From: the human T2T-CHM13v2.0 reference genome, Homo sapiens
DNA length: 64,000 nucleotides
Assembly: GCF_009914755.1 (NCBI RefSeq)
Contig: NC_060930.1
Strand: one strand, 5' to 3'
A model generated the notes under the pieces. It saw only the letters and a list, made by a program, of their open reading frames with translations, was not told the DNA's origin and made no database searches. The translations under genes were made by a program, and so were the position numbers. This document shows, one piece after another, positions 32,911 to 47,656 of the stretch (position 1 is the first letter of the stretch; each line of letters starts with the position of its first letter).

Positions 32911-33685
32911 TATAGATGCTGCCTGGCTTTTTCTCTAGCCCTTTACTTCTTAATTAGTGCAGAGAACCAAGTCTTGCCTTTCATTTCTTCCCCTGCACCG
33001 AAGAAAAATCTAAAAGCCATCCTTTTGTAACGCTGAAAACTTGGAATCAAAAATCCATTAAAATGTTATCTATAGAAACACTCCCAAAGCTTCATAGCAA
33101 GAGATTCAGATAAAAGCACATATTTTCTCTACTTTGATGTGCATAAGTTTAAACTCCATGACTCTTATTTTGATCTTCATCATTCCCTATTTGACTGATT
33201 TTTAACCTATCATCTTACACCATGGAGTGGCAAATACTATCAAGGAATCAAAAAAAGGCAACTCCTTCAACAATCTAATTTATATGAAATATAGTAAATT
33301 ACAATGATGCCTCTTTAATTAATCAAATTAATTAGTTAATTGATAAATTTAATTAATTAGTTAATTAACTAATGTCCCTGGTGGGCAAAGTTTTCTTAAC
33401 CAGAGAGCTTCCTGGCCCACAGAGGAAAGGAAAAAGTAATGATCCTTCAGCTGTTTCTGAACTTCAGGACAGTCGGAGGCCCAGCTTCAGAGATCATGTC
33501 TTCTGCGAAGTCACAAGGGAAATTACACCTTCAAGAATGCACTGTGTGAGCCATATCCTTGACTCCCATGAATCAATTAGGAAAGGGCTATTGCTATAAA
33601 TAAGCAAATAAGACTGGTCGTCAAGAAATTGGTCCTCCAGGTTTGACTTTTCTTTTCTTCTCCACGACTGAACAGATTTACTTTT

Positions 33686-34010
<325 letters not shown>

Positions 34011-34639
34011 TGAGGACTAAGACCTCCTCCTTCCCAGGGCCCAAAGCAAGAAAATGAGGTTGAGAAGAGGCCCATCTCCAGAGATCTTACCCTTGGAATA
34101 AGGGTCTTTTTCCCATACCTCATTGACATCTATTCCCACTGGGCTGTTTTTATTTTCCTACCCCACACTCTGTCAGCTTTAAAGCACTAAAGAACTTTTT
34201 GGCCACCTCAGGACAAAAATGTGTTACAAAAGCCACCTCCCAAATGGAATTAGCTCAGCCTAACTAAGTAAATCAGGCTTTGGACAGGCTCTGCTTCCTG
34301 TTGGTTGTTCATACATTTGTGTTGCTCAAGTCATCTTAGAACCCAACTCCGCCTTGCTGGATTCATGATGGAATTTCTCTTTGCACCTGAACAACTCTTC
34401 AGGAAACTTCTCCTTTTAATTTTGAAGAATGTAATACCTTTCTGTCAGAAAAGGTGTCCAGGTCTTAGATTCACACTCAAGCCATGAATAATACTCTTCT
34501 GGGCATACATAAACACATGATTTCCCCAAATTCTCCTTCTCCTAGCACAGAGATCTTCCCTTCTTCCTCCTTCCTTCCCTTTCCCTAGCTTTCTTTCTAA
34601 TTCGCACCTTTCCTGACATTTGTTTACTTGCTCGACCTT

Positions 34640-34830
34640 CTAAAAAATGTTTATTTAACGAACGTCTTCTATGATCCAGGCACTGAAGTAATCGACACAA
34701 AGGTGAGTAAGACACAGTCCTTGCCATAAGACGTTCATGCTCCTATGAAGCAGACCAATTATCAGACCATTACAGCACATGGCGGAAAGGCAGAGACAGA
34801 GTTAAGCCCAGGGCATTACAGGGCCCTCAA
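34640..34830 (-). mobile_element. L2 3' fragment
   Basis: 'ccaggcactg..acacaaaggtgagtaagacacagtccttgcc'. Confidence 0.6.
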
Positions 34831-35679
34831 AAAGAGCAAGTCCCCTGCTGGGGACCCAGTCTCTTTCTCCTCACTCTTCAGGTTCTATGTGTTTTCAGGG
34901 TTTCGTTTCCTTGAAGTGTTTAAATAGTTTCCTTTCTAGCAACCGCCCCCACAGAGAACGAGGTAGACCTTCACAACTCCCAATCTGAATCATCTTATTA
35001 CTTCCCGGCCAGCGACTCATATACTCTCAGACTCATCAACTTCTCATTATCCATACTACCACATACAACAGAATATCTAAAACCCCTAGAGCCCAACCCA
35101 CTCCAGTCCATGTTTGAGTTTTCCAAATCCACATACCATTTGAAGAAGTTGAATTTTCCATGCAGTGTGTTTTGAAATCAACAGACATATACTTAATCCT
35201 TTTGCCTCAATTTCTGATCATCATAAAGATGGGAAAAACGAAATCCTCAGTTCATTTTAATTCTCTTAGTCCCTAATGTGATATTCCATGTGCACCCTCA
35301 ATGACTGGCCTCTCTTTTACCTATCTGGTTTTGAATTACATTGGCTAACTTCAGAAAAATCATCTTGACTAAATTGTCTCTGAAAGTAATTGAGGCAGAA
35401 GATATATGCAGTCCCTCAGCAATTGTTTTAGCTGCACTGTCAGTTTTGAAATAAACAGCCTAATAAGAGGTCAGATACATGGGTTTTAAAAGCCTATTTA
35501 TCATACAGTATTCAAAACCTTTAATCATTTTATAAGCCTCGCATTAAATGTCAGTTGTCATTCTCTTTCTCATCATGATTATTTAACAAACCAAAATACC
35601 ATTATGTTGTTCCTTTTCTAGAAAACAAAATTGCTTGAATGTGAAAGAAATAAAGCTACAGAGAGACAGGGCTGGCTCG

Positions 35680-35840
35680 GGGGATCTGGACCTAGAGAAC
35701 CAGCTTCAAATTCTGCTCCACCACCTATTTAGTGTGTGATTCGAAGCCAGTTATTTAAGTTCTTTGAGCTTCAGTTCCTTGATCTATTCAAGGAAGATAA
35801 TAATAATCTCTACCTCACAAGTGTTTTCAAGGATGAGCCC
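35680..35840 (+). mobile_element. MIR
   Basis: 'ttcaaattctgctccaccac..gttatttaagttctttgagcttcagttcc..ctacctcaca'. Confidence 0.65.
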
Positions 35841-36581
35841 ACACCCATCCTTGAGTGAATCATCACCTTGGTGGTCTCCAAGGCATCCCCCTCCCCACCC
35901 CACCCCACCCCCGGCCGGCCCTCCTTTCTGAAGCAGCCTTTCTCACCCTGAGCTGCCCCACCCTCCAAGTTTCCTCCTGCTCTGGGCTCTCCTAAGTCTC
36001 TGGGCTATGGCCCACACAGACTGGAGTTCTGGTATCTCAGTCCTGGTCTTCATTCTCATTTCGTAGCCTCTCTTTAAGACAGCTCATCCATACTGGCAGC
36101 TTCCATTTTCAGATGCTTCCAATACTTCATTTGAATATCAGACCTTTATAGGCAACTATTTACACCATACCTCCTTTTGGGGGTATCTCCCACTCAACAG
36201 GTCTAAATGAAGTTCAAGTCCTCTCCTAAATCTAGCTGGCTTCCCATGTTCTCCTTCTCAGCTAGTGGCACCGCCACTCATTCAGCAGTGCGAGCCAGAC
36301 ACCAAAGAGCCATCCCAGACCCCTCACCTTCCCTCCAACCACAGCCATCACAAGCCCTGTCCATTCTCCCTCCTAAAGAGCTCAGAAATATGCCTTCGGA
36401 ACTACATCCTCATTGGACCACCCCAATCTGAGGTAAATCCATCTATTTCCTAAGCCATCTCATTGTACTCACTGCCATGCCGCAGCAGAGTGCCCTTCTC
36501 AATGCACAGATGTTGTGGTGTCATTCCACTGCTTCTGTCTTCTCACAGCTCTGCATTGATCTAAGGGTCAAAATTAAAATC

Positions 36582-37442
36582 TTTTTTTTATTTATATAAA
36601 TGTATGGGGTTCAAGAACACTTTCGTTACATGCATAGATTGCATGATGGTTAAGTCAGGGCTTTTACATATTTATCATCCAAATAATGCACATCGTACCC
36701 ATTAAGTAATTTCTCATCCTCCACCCCCTCCTGCTCCCTCATCCTTCCAAATCTCCATTGTCTATCATTCCAATCTCTATGGCTATTTGTACACATTTTT
36801 TCACTTCCACTTATGAGTGGAAATATGTGTATTTGTCTTTCTGTATCTGGGTTGATTTGCTCAAGATAATGGCCTTCAGTTCCATCCATGTGGCTGCAAA
36901 AGACATGATTTCATTCTTTTTTATGGCTAAATAGTATTTCATTGTGTTTATATGCCACAATGTCTTCATCCAATTTAGGATATTTAGGTTGATTCTATAT
37001 CTTTGCTATTGTGAATAGTGCTGCAATAAACGTAAAAGTACGGGTATCTTTTTGATATATTGATTTCTTTTCCTAGGGGTAGATGCCCAGTAGTGGAGTT
37101 GCTGAATCAAATTGTATTTCTCATTTTTGGTTCTTTGAGAAATCTCCATACTGTTTTGCACAGAGGTTGTACTAATTTACATGCCCACCAGCAGTGTTGA
37201 AGAGTTCACTTTCTCCATATCCTCACCAACATCTGTTCGTTTTTGTCTTTTTAATAATAGCCATTCTAGCGTTTGTTTTCTTAGTATTGAGTTGTTTGAT
37301 TTCCTTATATATTTTGGATATTAGCCCCTTTCATATGTATGGTTTGCAAATATTTTCTCCCATTCTGCAGGCTGTCTCTTCAACCTATTGATTATTTCCT
37401 TTGCTGTGTAGAAGCTTTTTAGTTTAATTAGGTCCCATTCAT
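36582..37442 (-). mobile_element. L1PB (L1PB3/4-like) 3' end
   Basis: 'gttacatgcatagattgcatgatggttaagtcagggctttt..gtacccattaagtaatttctcatc..ccacttatgagtg'. Confidence 0.88.
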
Positions 37443-37740
37443 CTGGTTTTTGTGTGTGTGTGTCAGCGCGGGGGATGGAGTTTTGCTCTTGTTGCCCAGG
37501 CTGGAGTGCAATCGCACAATCTCGGCTCATGCAACCTCTGCCTCCTGGGTTCAAGAGATTCTCCTGCCTCAGCCTCCCAAGTAGCTGGGATTACAGGCAC
37601 ACACCACCATGCCCAGCTAACTTTTTTGTATTTTTAGTAGAGACAAGGTTTCACCATGTTGGTCAGGCTGGTCTCAAACTCCTGACCTCAGGTGATCTGC
37701 CTGCCTCAGCCTCCCAAAGTGTTGGGATTACAGGCATGAA
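37443..37740 (-). mobile_element. AluSp/Sq-like, (TG)n in tail, extreme 5' end missing
   Basis: 'gagttttgctcttgttgcccaggctggagtgcaat'; ends at 'gggattacaggcatgaa'. Confidence 0.92.
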
Positions 37741-40700
37741 CCTGTTTCTGTTTTTAAATCCTTAGGGAGATGTACATGACCTCACAGGACCTGACCCTGG
37801 CTCCTGGCCAGCCTCATCTCCCATGGCTTTCCTGTCCCTGTACTACCTCGCTTCCTTCCCCTTTAGCCTCAGTTCAAGTTCACATCTTCAGGATGGTAGT
37901 CTATCACCCCTTACCCCAGTTTAGACCATCTGCTAGGCATTCCCACCTCACCGCTTGATTTTCTTTTAGGGCATTTAGCACATTTGCTGTTGTATGACAA
38001 TGTGGGCCTTTTCATCAATGGCAGTCTCCCGTGCAAGAATGTATAATCCAGTACGGCAGGACATAGCTATATATTGCTTATCCATGAATTCCCAGTGGCA
38101 AGCCCCAGTAGAATTTCAATATGTATATAGTGAGTTATTAAAAAGCGATTTATTAAGTTATTAATTACTTTTTAAATTAATTTTTTAACTTAAACTTTTT
38201 AGCCAAAACCAAGAATACCTATTTAATAAAAAATAAAGGGCCTATGTACATGCTCCTAGTACACATTAATTCATCAAAGGATAATAAAGAAGAAAACCTG
38301 GAGTCAGAGCCGATTGTGCTCTGCTAACAAATAACAATCTTGACAGGACCTTAGGAGGTCAACATCAGCCAGCACCCATTTTGGATACAGGTGACTTGGT
38401 GGACCTTTGTTTCCCATCAAGTCCCTTTCCTCTAGCAACCAAGCGCCCCTGCAGCCTGCCCCTGACACAGCCTGGCAGCAGGTGCTTACCCTCCAAGGGA
38501 AACAGCCAGGCCCTGTGCCCCATATGCAATGAACAAGGCTGGGCTGTGCCCCTTTCCTGCAAGCAATCAGCACAGGCCCTCAAGCATGAGATTTAATTGC
38601 TTGTTCATTATTTTAGCTTGCAGGGGCTACAAGGAAGTATGGCATTTCTGAGCATACCATCCGAAGAAACCCTGGGAGCTGTCAAATTAAAAAATAACAA
38701 CAGAAACGAGAAAGGAGCCTGTCTTTAGCCGAACGGTTTCAGGTGCCTGTGACTCAATGAGAGGGCCCCCATCAAAACCCATGGAAGCCCCTCACTGTTT
38801 GTTCTGCCCTTTTCAATTCTGTCTGAGCGGGGAGGAGAGTGCCACAAAGAGATGAGAATTTGAACTCGCAGCCCCCGAGTGCACGAATGTCCTTTTTCTG
38901 CCTGATTGTATACTTAAAGTGCCTGTAAAGTCAATAACTTCCCATGGTTTCACAGCAAAGCCAAAAGATTAAAAAAGAGACATTGTCCTTTTGAAGATGT
39001 GGAAAGTAATAAGTGAGCAGGCTGAATCCTCTTTGGGTTTAAAAGCCTGTGCAGTTCTGCTTTAAGGTGTCAAAATTGCCTTAAATCTTTAGCTTTGTTA
39101 TACCCTGCTGCTACACAGATATAATAGAACCAGGCTGACTCTCTCAAACAATTCGGAGATCATTTTTTCTCTCTAAAAACTTTGTTGAAATATATATGTT
39201 AGCACAGACTTTTTCTTAACATTTTCTGTTTAAAATATAGTATCTTTTTCAGATGCATCTTAAGAGATCAGAATAGTCAAACAGTAGCTCTCTTTTTGAA
39301 AAAAAAAATTGTACACCATCTTCAAGTTTTAAGCACAAAGGTTACAGCTAGTTCTCCTCCCCCATTTTATTTCCACTGTTGGAGCAGATTTGACCTCGTC
39401 TCTCTAAAGGCAGAAAACTTCAACAAAGGCGGGAGGACTATTTAAAGTGATGAAAAAGATTCTGAATGAAGGATTATGCCTTTGATGAAGGCTGAAAGAA
39501 ATGCAGTGCTTAGGAAGTGGATAAAAGTCAACAGCAACAATTCTTTGCTTTGGATGAAACCTTAAAGGTGCACTTTTCCCCAGTGATATGAAAAATAAAA
39601 AAATAAAAACAACCAACCAGAGACACGTAACTCTTCTGGTTCTGTGGCATCTGTACATTCACATGATAGAAACTTACTAAATCCCAAAGGGACCCTGGCA
39701 AAGCCCAGGCTCCATGATAGGCTGGGAGCCCTGCCACTGCACCAGGAGAAAAGGAGTCACTAGACTCTGGATGGGGAAGAGAAAAGCCTCTTTCCTCCCT
39801 CCCATTCCAAAAGAGAAGAAAAAACCTGGACAGCCAGATATAAGCAGCCTCGAAAAATCTCTCTAGAGGAGAAAAGACAGGAAGAATGTCATCCAGAAAG
39901 AAGGCCAGGAGACGATGCTACAAAGGTGCTTTTTCTCCCTCCTCACTTTCCACCTTTCCCACTGTCGCCTCTCCCTCTAAACCACCCACACTCATCTCTC
40001 TCCAGATTCTGCTCTCCCGCTGGAGCCTGACCAACACATTTCCCAAAAGCAGATGAAAAAAAAAAAAAAAAAGCAAGGGTCTCAGGCTCTGTCACATCCA
40101 ACTCATTCTTATGTGCCAGGGAGACACAGAGTGACATTTTGTGTATCTGTTAGATTGTGAATTACCACTTAAGCATAAAGACTGTTCTCAACAGTGAGAT
40201 TCTCTTCATGTAGACACCCTCATGCTTCAGCTAGGTGCTTACAGGTGAATAGTTACTCAAAAATCGTCATGTAGCAAATTTGGTTTCTGAACCTTGAATT
40301 AGAGAGACTCAGGCATGCACCAAGGAAATGTCTAGCTATGCTCTTCTCCAGCCTCCCACCCGACTGCGGGTCTTAGCGATATTCTGTTGGTATCACTATG
40401 GTGTGCCGGGCTTTTGTTTGAATGGTCCAACCTGGCTGCGATCATTTTATGAGCAGACCTAATCGCTCTGCCGGTGTCTGCATTGTCTGCTTCAAAAGTC
40501 AGGTTCACCAGAGAGAGTAATTTCTTAATGGAAAGAATTTGTTATCAGTTTAGGCCACAAGCCCGAATCTTTGAAACAGCATGACTCAGATAGCTCATCA
40601 CTCAGAGAATTACGGTTTTGCATCCCTCGGTTCTAAGTGAGGTTTGCTTCCTCTTTTGAGGACAGCAGAATTAAATTACCAGAGCCATCTCACTGGTCAT

Positions 40701-40773
40701 TCATTTAGTATTTACCACACCTACTATGTGCAAGGCGTAGTGGGAAGTAGAAAGATTAGAAAGAAAAGCTCCT

Positions 40774-41088
<315 letters not shown>

Positions 41089-41119
41089 CTATCAAAGAGG
41101 TTAGTAGCTTACAGATCTT

Positions 41120-41610
41120 AGAATCACACAACTTAGAAAAAAATGTTGAAGCTTATATATAGAATCCAAGTGCTTTATTTTATAGATGAAGAAGACAGAC
41201 TCTGAACTATTCTGTATCTCCTGTGGTAAACTACAGAGGTAATTCTCAAACCCAGGTCTTCTGACTCAAAGAAGGACTGTGCCTTTCCATTCTGTTTCTA
41301 ACAGCTGAGAGGCTCCAGCATCCCCAGGTCCCAGAGGCCTATGTGGTCTAGAAAGCTGGTGCGTGGTCATCAGTCAAAAGCACACACACCCCTCACTGCA
41401 TACATACACCACGGCCAGCACACACCTGGAGGTTTGAATACACGCATTCACACACTTACGTAATTCTCACAATAAGTGTTTGAGGCAAGGATTGGCATTC
41501 AGGATGTAAGCTTGACAAGCTGAGTGCGGTGTTAAATAACCCATTCAAGGTCAAAGGGTCCCCGTGGCGAATTGAGGACTCAAAACTCAGTCTGTTCTCT
41601 GCCCCTACAC
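41120..41610 (-). mobile_element. Two MIR/MIR3 fragments (~41120-41290 and ~41455-41610)
   Basis: 'attttatagatgaagaagac..aaacccaggtcttctgactc' and 'aattctcacaataag..gttaaataacccattcaaggtca'. Confidence 0.55.
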
Positions 41611-41648
41611 ACCAGTAGCCTCAATTTCCAACTCGTTTGTTTGTTCTC

Positions 41649-42327
<679 letters not shown>

Positions 42328-43239
42328 CTCCCTTTGTTTCATCTTCATGTATTTCTGGCATCCTAGTTTGTACCAAATAATGGAATCTTACAATTTTAGA
42401 AATGGAAATGTTCTTAGAGACGATGTGGTCCAGATCTCTCATTTTACAGGTGAGGTAGCCAGTCCAGTGACTCATCTGTGCTCAGGTCATGAGAGCCACG
42501 CAAGCTCTAGAGAGCACACACGGAGTGAGAGAGAGAAGCCGAGATCCTGTCCCCGCAGGCACTAGCCTCTCCATGCTTTCATACAACACAGGTGTCACCC
42601 TGGTTGTCCCAAGCCTCAGCAGCCAGTGGATGTTAATATGGTCACATTATTAATAAAAACAAGAATGAATAAAGTACTAACTTGACATAGGAGCCATACA
42701 TATGCATCTGTCTACTACAGAACCTCCCATCCCTCTCCAAGTCCTCACCTGGGTTTTCTGGAGTCCCATTGTCTGTCTCACAATCACCCTTATTTGTACT
42801 CAACACCCTAGACATCATTCAAGTGTTTTCCTCAGTCACGACGGTAGCTGCTCAGACCTTCTTTGTCAATGTCTGCTTCCCCTGAAAAGCCTTCTCTCTC
42901 ATGCCTCTCTGCCTGTGTCCACAGTGTCTGAATTAAAGGTCCTTGGTCCTCAAGGAACCAAGACTACACTGAGATCCAATCTTGGGAAGCGCCTCTCCTT
43001 CAACCTCTGGTACCACTCATCCATAAACACCAACACTGTTTGCCTCTTTGTGTATCATAAAGTCCCTCATTGAAACAGCCCTTAAACTCCAGTCTGGAAA
43101 ACAAATCCACTGGGCTACAGTAAGGACCAATTTTAGACACAGACATCCTCCCCCTTCCTCTTGACCCCAGGTATTCTCTGCCAAACTACAACTCCTCCAG
43201 GAAATCAGCATCTAGCAGCACCCCCACCAACCCATGGAG

Positions 43240-43375
43240 GTTTGTTTTGTTTTGTTTTGTTTTGTTTTTTTGAGACAGGTCTCCTCTGTCAGTGCAGTGG
43301 TGCAGTCATGGCTGGAGTGCAGTGGTGCAATCATGGCTCACTGCAGCCTGGGCCTCCCCGGGCTCAGGTGATCAT
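43240..43375 (-). mobile_element. 5'-truncated AluJ/FRAM-like right-arm fragment with (TTTTG)n tail
   Basis: 'gagacaggtctc..tcatggctcactgcagcc..gggctcaggtgatc'; TSD ccatggag at 43232-43239 and 43376-43383. Confidence 0.85.
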
Positions 43376-43612
43376 CCATGGAGCAAGTTTGAAGAGATCC
43401 GAAGCCCAAGGTAGGCTCAGGCTAGAATTCCCACTATATACAGATCGCTAGATTCAATTTAAATGTGTCTTAAATTTTACAAATTATGCAACAGGATTAA
43501 AGATGTAATTGAACAAAACTTGTCCAAGAAGGTCCTTGGTATTTTCTCTCTTCTGGAAATCATCGATGAAAAAGCATGTTCCATGAGCTGGCAGAACTCA
43601 ATCTTTTAAGGG

Positions 43613-43741
43613 GAAAAAAGGTCATTTAATTGCACAATAAGAGGCATACTGTGGGCAGAAAACAGCTCCCTATTTATTGCATGTATCAAATTATTTAGGT
43701 ATCTAAGAGAGAAAGGTGGATGTACCAAAAACCTAGGCTAT
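43613..43741 (+). repeat. Copy 1 of a diverged ~130-bp local duplication
   Basis: About 80% identical (93/116 aligned positions, one 6-nt gap, manual count) to 45121-45256. Confidence 0.9.
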
Positions 43742-44624
43742 GTGTAATCATAGAAATTGAGTATCAAATTGAGTTCTACACTTCCTAGAAGCCAAGATAA
43801 AAAGTAAAATAGATAAGTTATATAGTTCTCCACTATTATTCATCTCATAGAGTAATACAGCATCTGGTCTAACAGCCAAAAGCCTATCATCACATAAATA
43901 AATGATTAATTGTCTGGATCTCTAAATAAAGGGAATAAATCACCCTAGACAACAAGGTCTTGGAGGGCCTCGTCTGGGTGGTCCCCACCACATGCCCCAA
44001 AACAGTTTTCCATAATAGTCAGAAACCAATTTCATCTGCCTTCTTATGCAAAGTACGAGAAGAAGTCACATTGCTTTCTTTCCTGATCATTTTGAGGAGG
44101 TGTTTTTACAAAGACCTCCTGCTCTGAACACTGCTAGTTCTGCCTGTAATGGGCCCAGCTTCCTAGATGGACCACACATGGTACCAAGCATGGCTTATGA
44201 GACCCTTGAGCCTGGCTTATGATGACCCTTGGTGGTCATTTTCCTCATCATTTTCAGCCTGGGCAAGCTTGTCTGTCTCTCTTGGACACAGGAAGGTGCC
44301 TCATTAACCTCTTTTTACCCTCTCCCATAACCAGTGCACAAAAAGATGCTTGGATCCTGGGTCTGGACTGAAGGAAATGTGCATCTTCTTGAGTTTAGGT
44401 CCATGGAGGGACATCATGGTCCAACAAAACCAACCCCAGATCTCCACAGCAGCCTCAACAGGAAAATAGTGTGTGCCTAAAAGCAGGTTTTTCATCACAT
44501 AATACTGACTGTGGGGATGTGGGGGAAATAGAGGAGGGTGTTCCCAGCCTTGAGAAGCCCAGCTGTGGAGGCAGGACCATGGAACAACAACCAGAAAGTA
44601 GGATTGTGTGGGAGGGCGAAGACT

Positions 44625-45110
44625 AGAGGGTTAAGAGTGCAAGCTCTGGAGTCAGGAAGATCCAAGTGTGAACCCCAACTCTGTTCCTTATGAGCTGCTT
44701 GGCTTTGGGCAGACTAGTTAAATTCTCTGTGCCTCGGTTTCTTCATCTGAAAACCAGGGAGAACTTGTTGGAATTGTTGTGAGAGCCAGTGGAGATCAGG
44801 GATGGCAAGAAGGGAGCAGCGTTAGCCACATGTTAAGTCGCTCACAGCAAATTCTAGCTGTTATCCCTGTTCTGTTGCCATCACCACTACTCCTTAAGTT
44901 TCGGGAAACTTCAGAGAGAGAGAGATGATTGGATGCTGGAAACAGAGAATCCTGCACAACCTCACGTGGGTTCTAGGATCAGAGAGGCCTGTATTTGAAT
45001 CTCATTTGATTACCTCAATGAATTTACACAAGAAACTCAATACCTTTGAACATCAGTTTCTTTGCCTCTAAAGTGGGAACAGTAATGCCTATGATGCATG
45101 TTTATTATGT
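44625..45110 (+). mobile_element. Two MIR copies (~44625-44872 and ~44965-45110)
   Basis: 'ggttaagagtgcaagctctggagtcagg..ctctgtgcctcggtttcttcatctgaaaa' and 'catcagtttctttgcctctaaagtggg'. Confidence 0.75.
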
Positions 45111-45120
45111 TTGTCTCTAA

Positions 45121-45256
45121 GAAAAAAAATGTCATTTGATTGCGCAATAAGAAACATACTTCATCTGTGGGCAGAAAACAACTTCCTGTTTATGGCCTGC
45201 ATCAGTATATTTATGCACCTATCAGAGAAAGACAGATGTATCAAAAACATAGATAT
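45121..45256 (+). repeat. Copy 2 of the ~130-bp duplication; perfect C/EBP palindrome and ETS core
   Basis: ATTGCGCAAT at 45139-45148; ACTTCCTGT at 45181-45189. Confidence 0.9.
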
Positions 45257-45656
45257 AACATACAAATCACCCTTATTACAGCCCTGGGCCTTAATGGACC
45301 CTCAGTAAACAAGAGCTTCTATGAGTAATATGAGGCAACTAGATTCAAGCACGACTTCAAAAAGTAAACAGAATTAGACTGGCAAATTGAGTATATGGAG
45401 AAGATATTTCAGAACCAGGGGAGAGGATGAGAGTCAGCACAGAAGGGAGAATAAGCTCATTAGATATGAGATGAATTCAGGAGAACAGTCTGAATTTGGG
45501 GAGCGATTCATTGGGAACAATGGCAGGTAAGACCACATAAAGAAACAGACCCAAACACTAGGATGTGGGCTGAAAAGTGAACAGAAGGTTACCATTGTGA
45601 GCTCCAAAGCAGAGAGTAGCCAGATGGGATCCAAGTTGTAAAAGATCAGCCTGGCC

Positions 45657-45966
<310 letters not shown>

Positions 45967-47344
45967 TCAGCCTGGCCATGATAAGCAGAGTGGATGGAGT
46001 AAAGAGGAACTTGAGGGGTGTAGTCTTCAATACCTAGGGATTGTAGATGAGTACAATTCTGAACATTTCCAGCTTGTACAGCTCAACTCTCCATTTCCAA
46101 CCTAATTAAATTTCATGTGGATATTCACTTTCTCTATTACTGCCATTGCTATTCTGCACAGTAAAGAATTCTTTTCCAAGACCCAAGGGATGTGTAGATA
46201 TGGATTCCATGAGGATTCTAGTCACTCACCTTCTACTGATTTTTAGCTTAAAACACAGTAGAAAATTATTGACATTATTTCCTTGAAAACCCTTCCCTGC
46301 CTGTGCATGTCTGTGTCAATAATTGTCATGTAGCAATTGGAAACGGGCCTTTGGCAGCTCGCCTAGGAATGTCAAATAGTCTCCATTAGGTTTGAAAGCT
46401 CCGAGTTTCAGTAATGGGTTGATACTCTACCTGATATGATTGTACAAAATTACATAATTGATTTCTGGGACACTGTGCCACACAAATTTTATAGGTTTCT
46501 TTTATTTTGTGCCTCAAAAGGCAAGTATGCTTTCCTTCATTTTCCTCAGCAAGAGGATTTCAAGTCTTGCTCCTGGCTGGTCCAGATGAAGCTCAGGTAT
46601 TTTATAAGGCTCTACACCCCTTTTCTCAGTTATTTTACACATCAAAGACTGTGATTTTCCACTGGCTTCTAGGAGTTGGTAACTAACTAAAAAGTGGGCC
46701 TGAGAATGTTGTCTTACCAACTATACAGTGCACAAAGGATATTCTTCCCAGCCTAAAATTAGGAACGAACATTGCTTAATTGTTTCAGTATGTTTGCAGT
46801 GTTTCTTTTTTCATTCAGCTTTATGATGACTGCAAATGTAGCATTTGCTACATATCTTTATATTTGGTTAATGCAGGCATTCTCTTTAAAAGAATCAGTT
46901 ATTTCTAATCTCAGAAAGCCTATGGTCAGGGAACAATGACAAGGTAAGAAAGAACTGGCTTCTGTGCAATCTCTTCTCTCTGTGTCAATGGCTCTAAGGA
47001 CTAACGGGCTGCCATTCAGCATCACTGTTCTGTCTGGGCCAAAGCAGAGAGGAAAAGCTAGATAGGCCCCAATTCGGTGTCACTGGGCAATTGTCCCTAA
47101 TATTTAACAATGGCCATGACAAACCCTATGCTTGGGGGTAGGAGAAAGAAGTCATTAGTGCGACTAGGTGCTGGGGGAACTGTGAGCGCATTTCGAAAGC
47201 AACATCTTGTATTAAGAGAGAAGAATATAATGAAATGCAAAAAGGCATATTATAAGAATAGTAATATTCTTTAAGAATACTGAAAGGCAAGAAGAACTGA
47301 AATCAAAACAAAACCTGATGAATGAAAATTATTTCATTTGTTCT

Positions 47345-47656
47345 GGTCGGGCACAATGCCTCACGCCTGTAATCCCAGTACTTTGGGAGGCCAAGGCTGG
47401 TGGATTGCTTGAGGTCAGGAGTTTGAGACCAGCCTGGCCAACATGGTGAAACCCCGTCTCTACTAAAAATATTAAAAAATTGGTCAGGCATGGTGGTGCA
47501 TGCCCGTAGTCCTAGCTACTCAGGAGGCTGAGACAAGAGAGTTACTTGAACCCGGGAGGTGGAGGTTGTAGTGAGTCGAGATCGTGCCACTGCACTCAAC
47601 CCTGGGCTACAGAGTGAGACTCTATCTCAACCAGAAAAATAACTAAAAAATAAAAA
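47345..47656 (+). mobile_element. AluS
   Basis: Full dimer; TSD-like gaaaattattt(c/t)atttgtt at 47324-47342 and 47657-47675. Confidence 0.95.

Larger units (their letters stand above)
35920..38140 (+). mobile_element. L2, split by the L1PB/Alu block (pieces ~35920-36581 and ~37755-38140)
   Basis: C-rich L2 text; '..aagggtcaaaattaaaatc' resumes as 'aaatccttag..catgacctcacaggacctg' after the L1. Confidence 0.65.
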
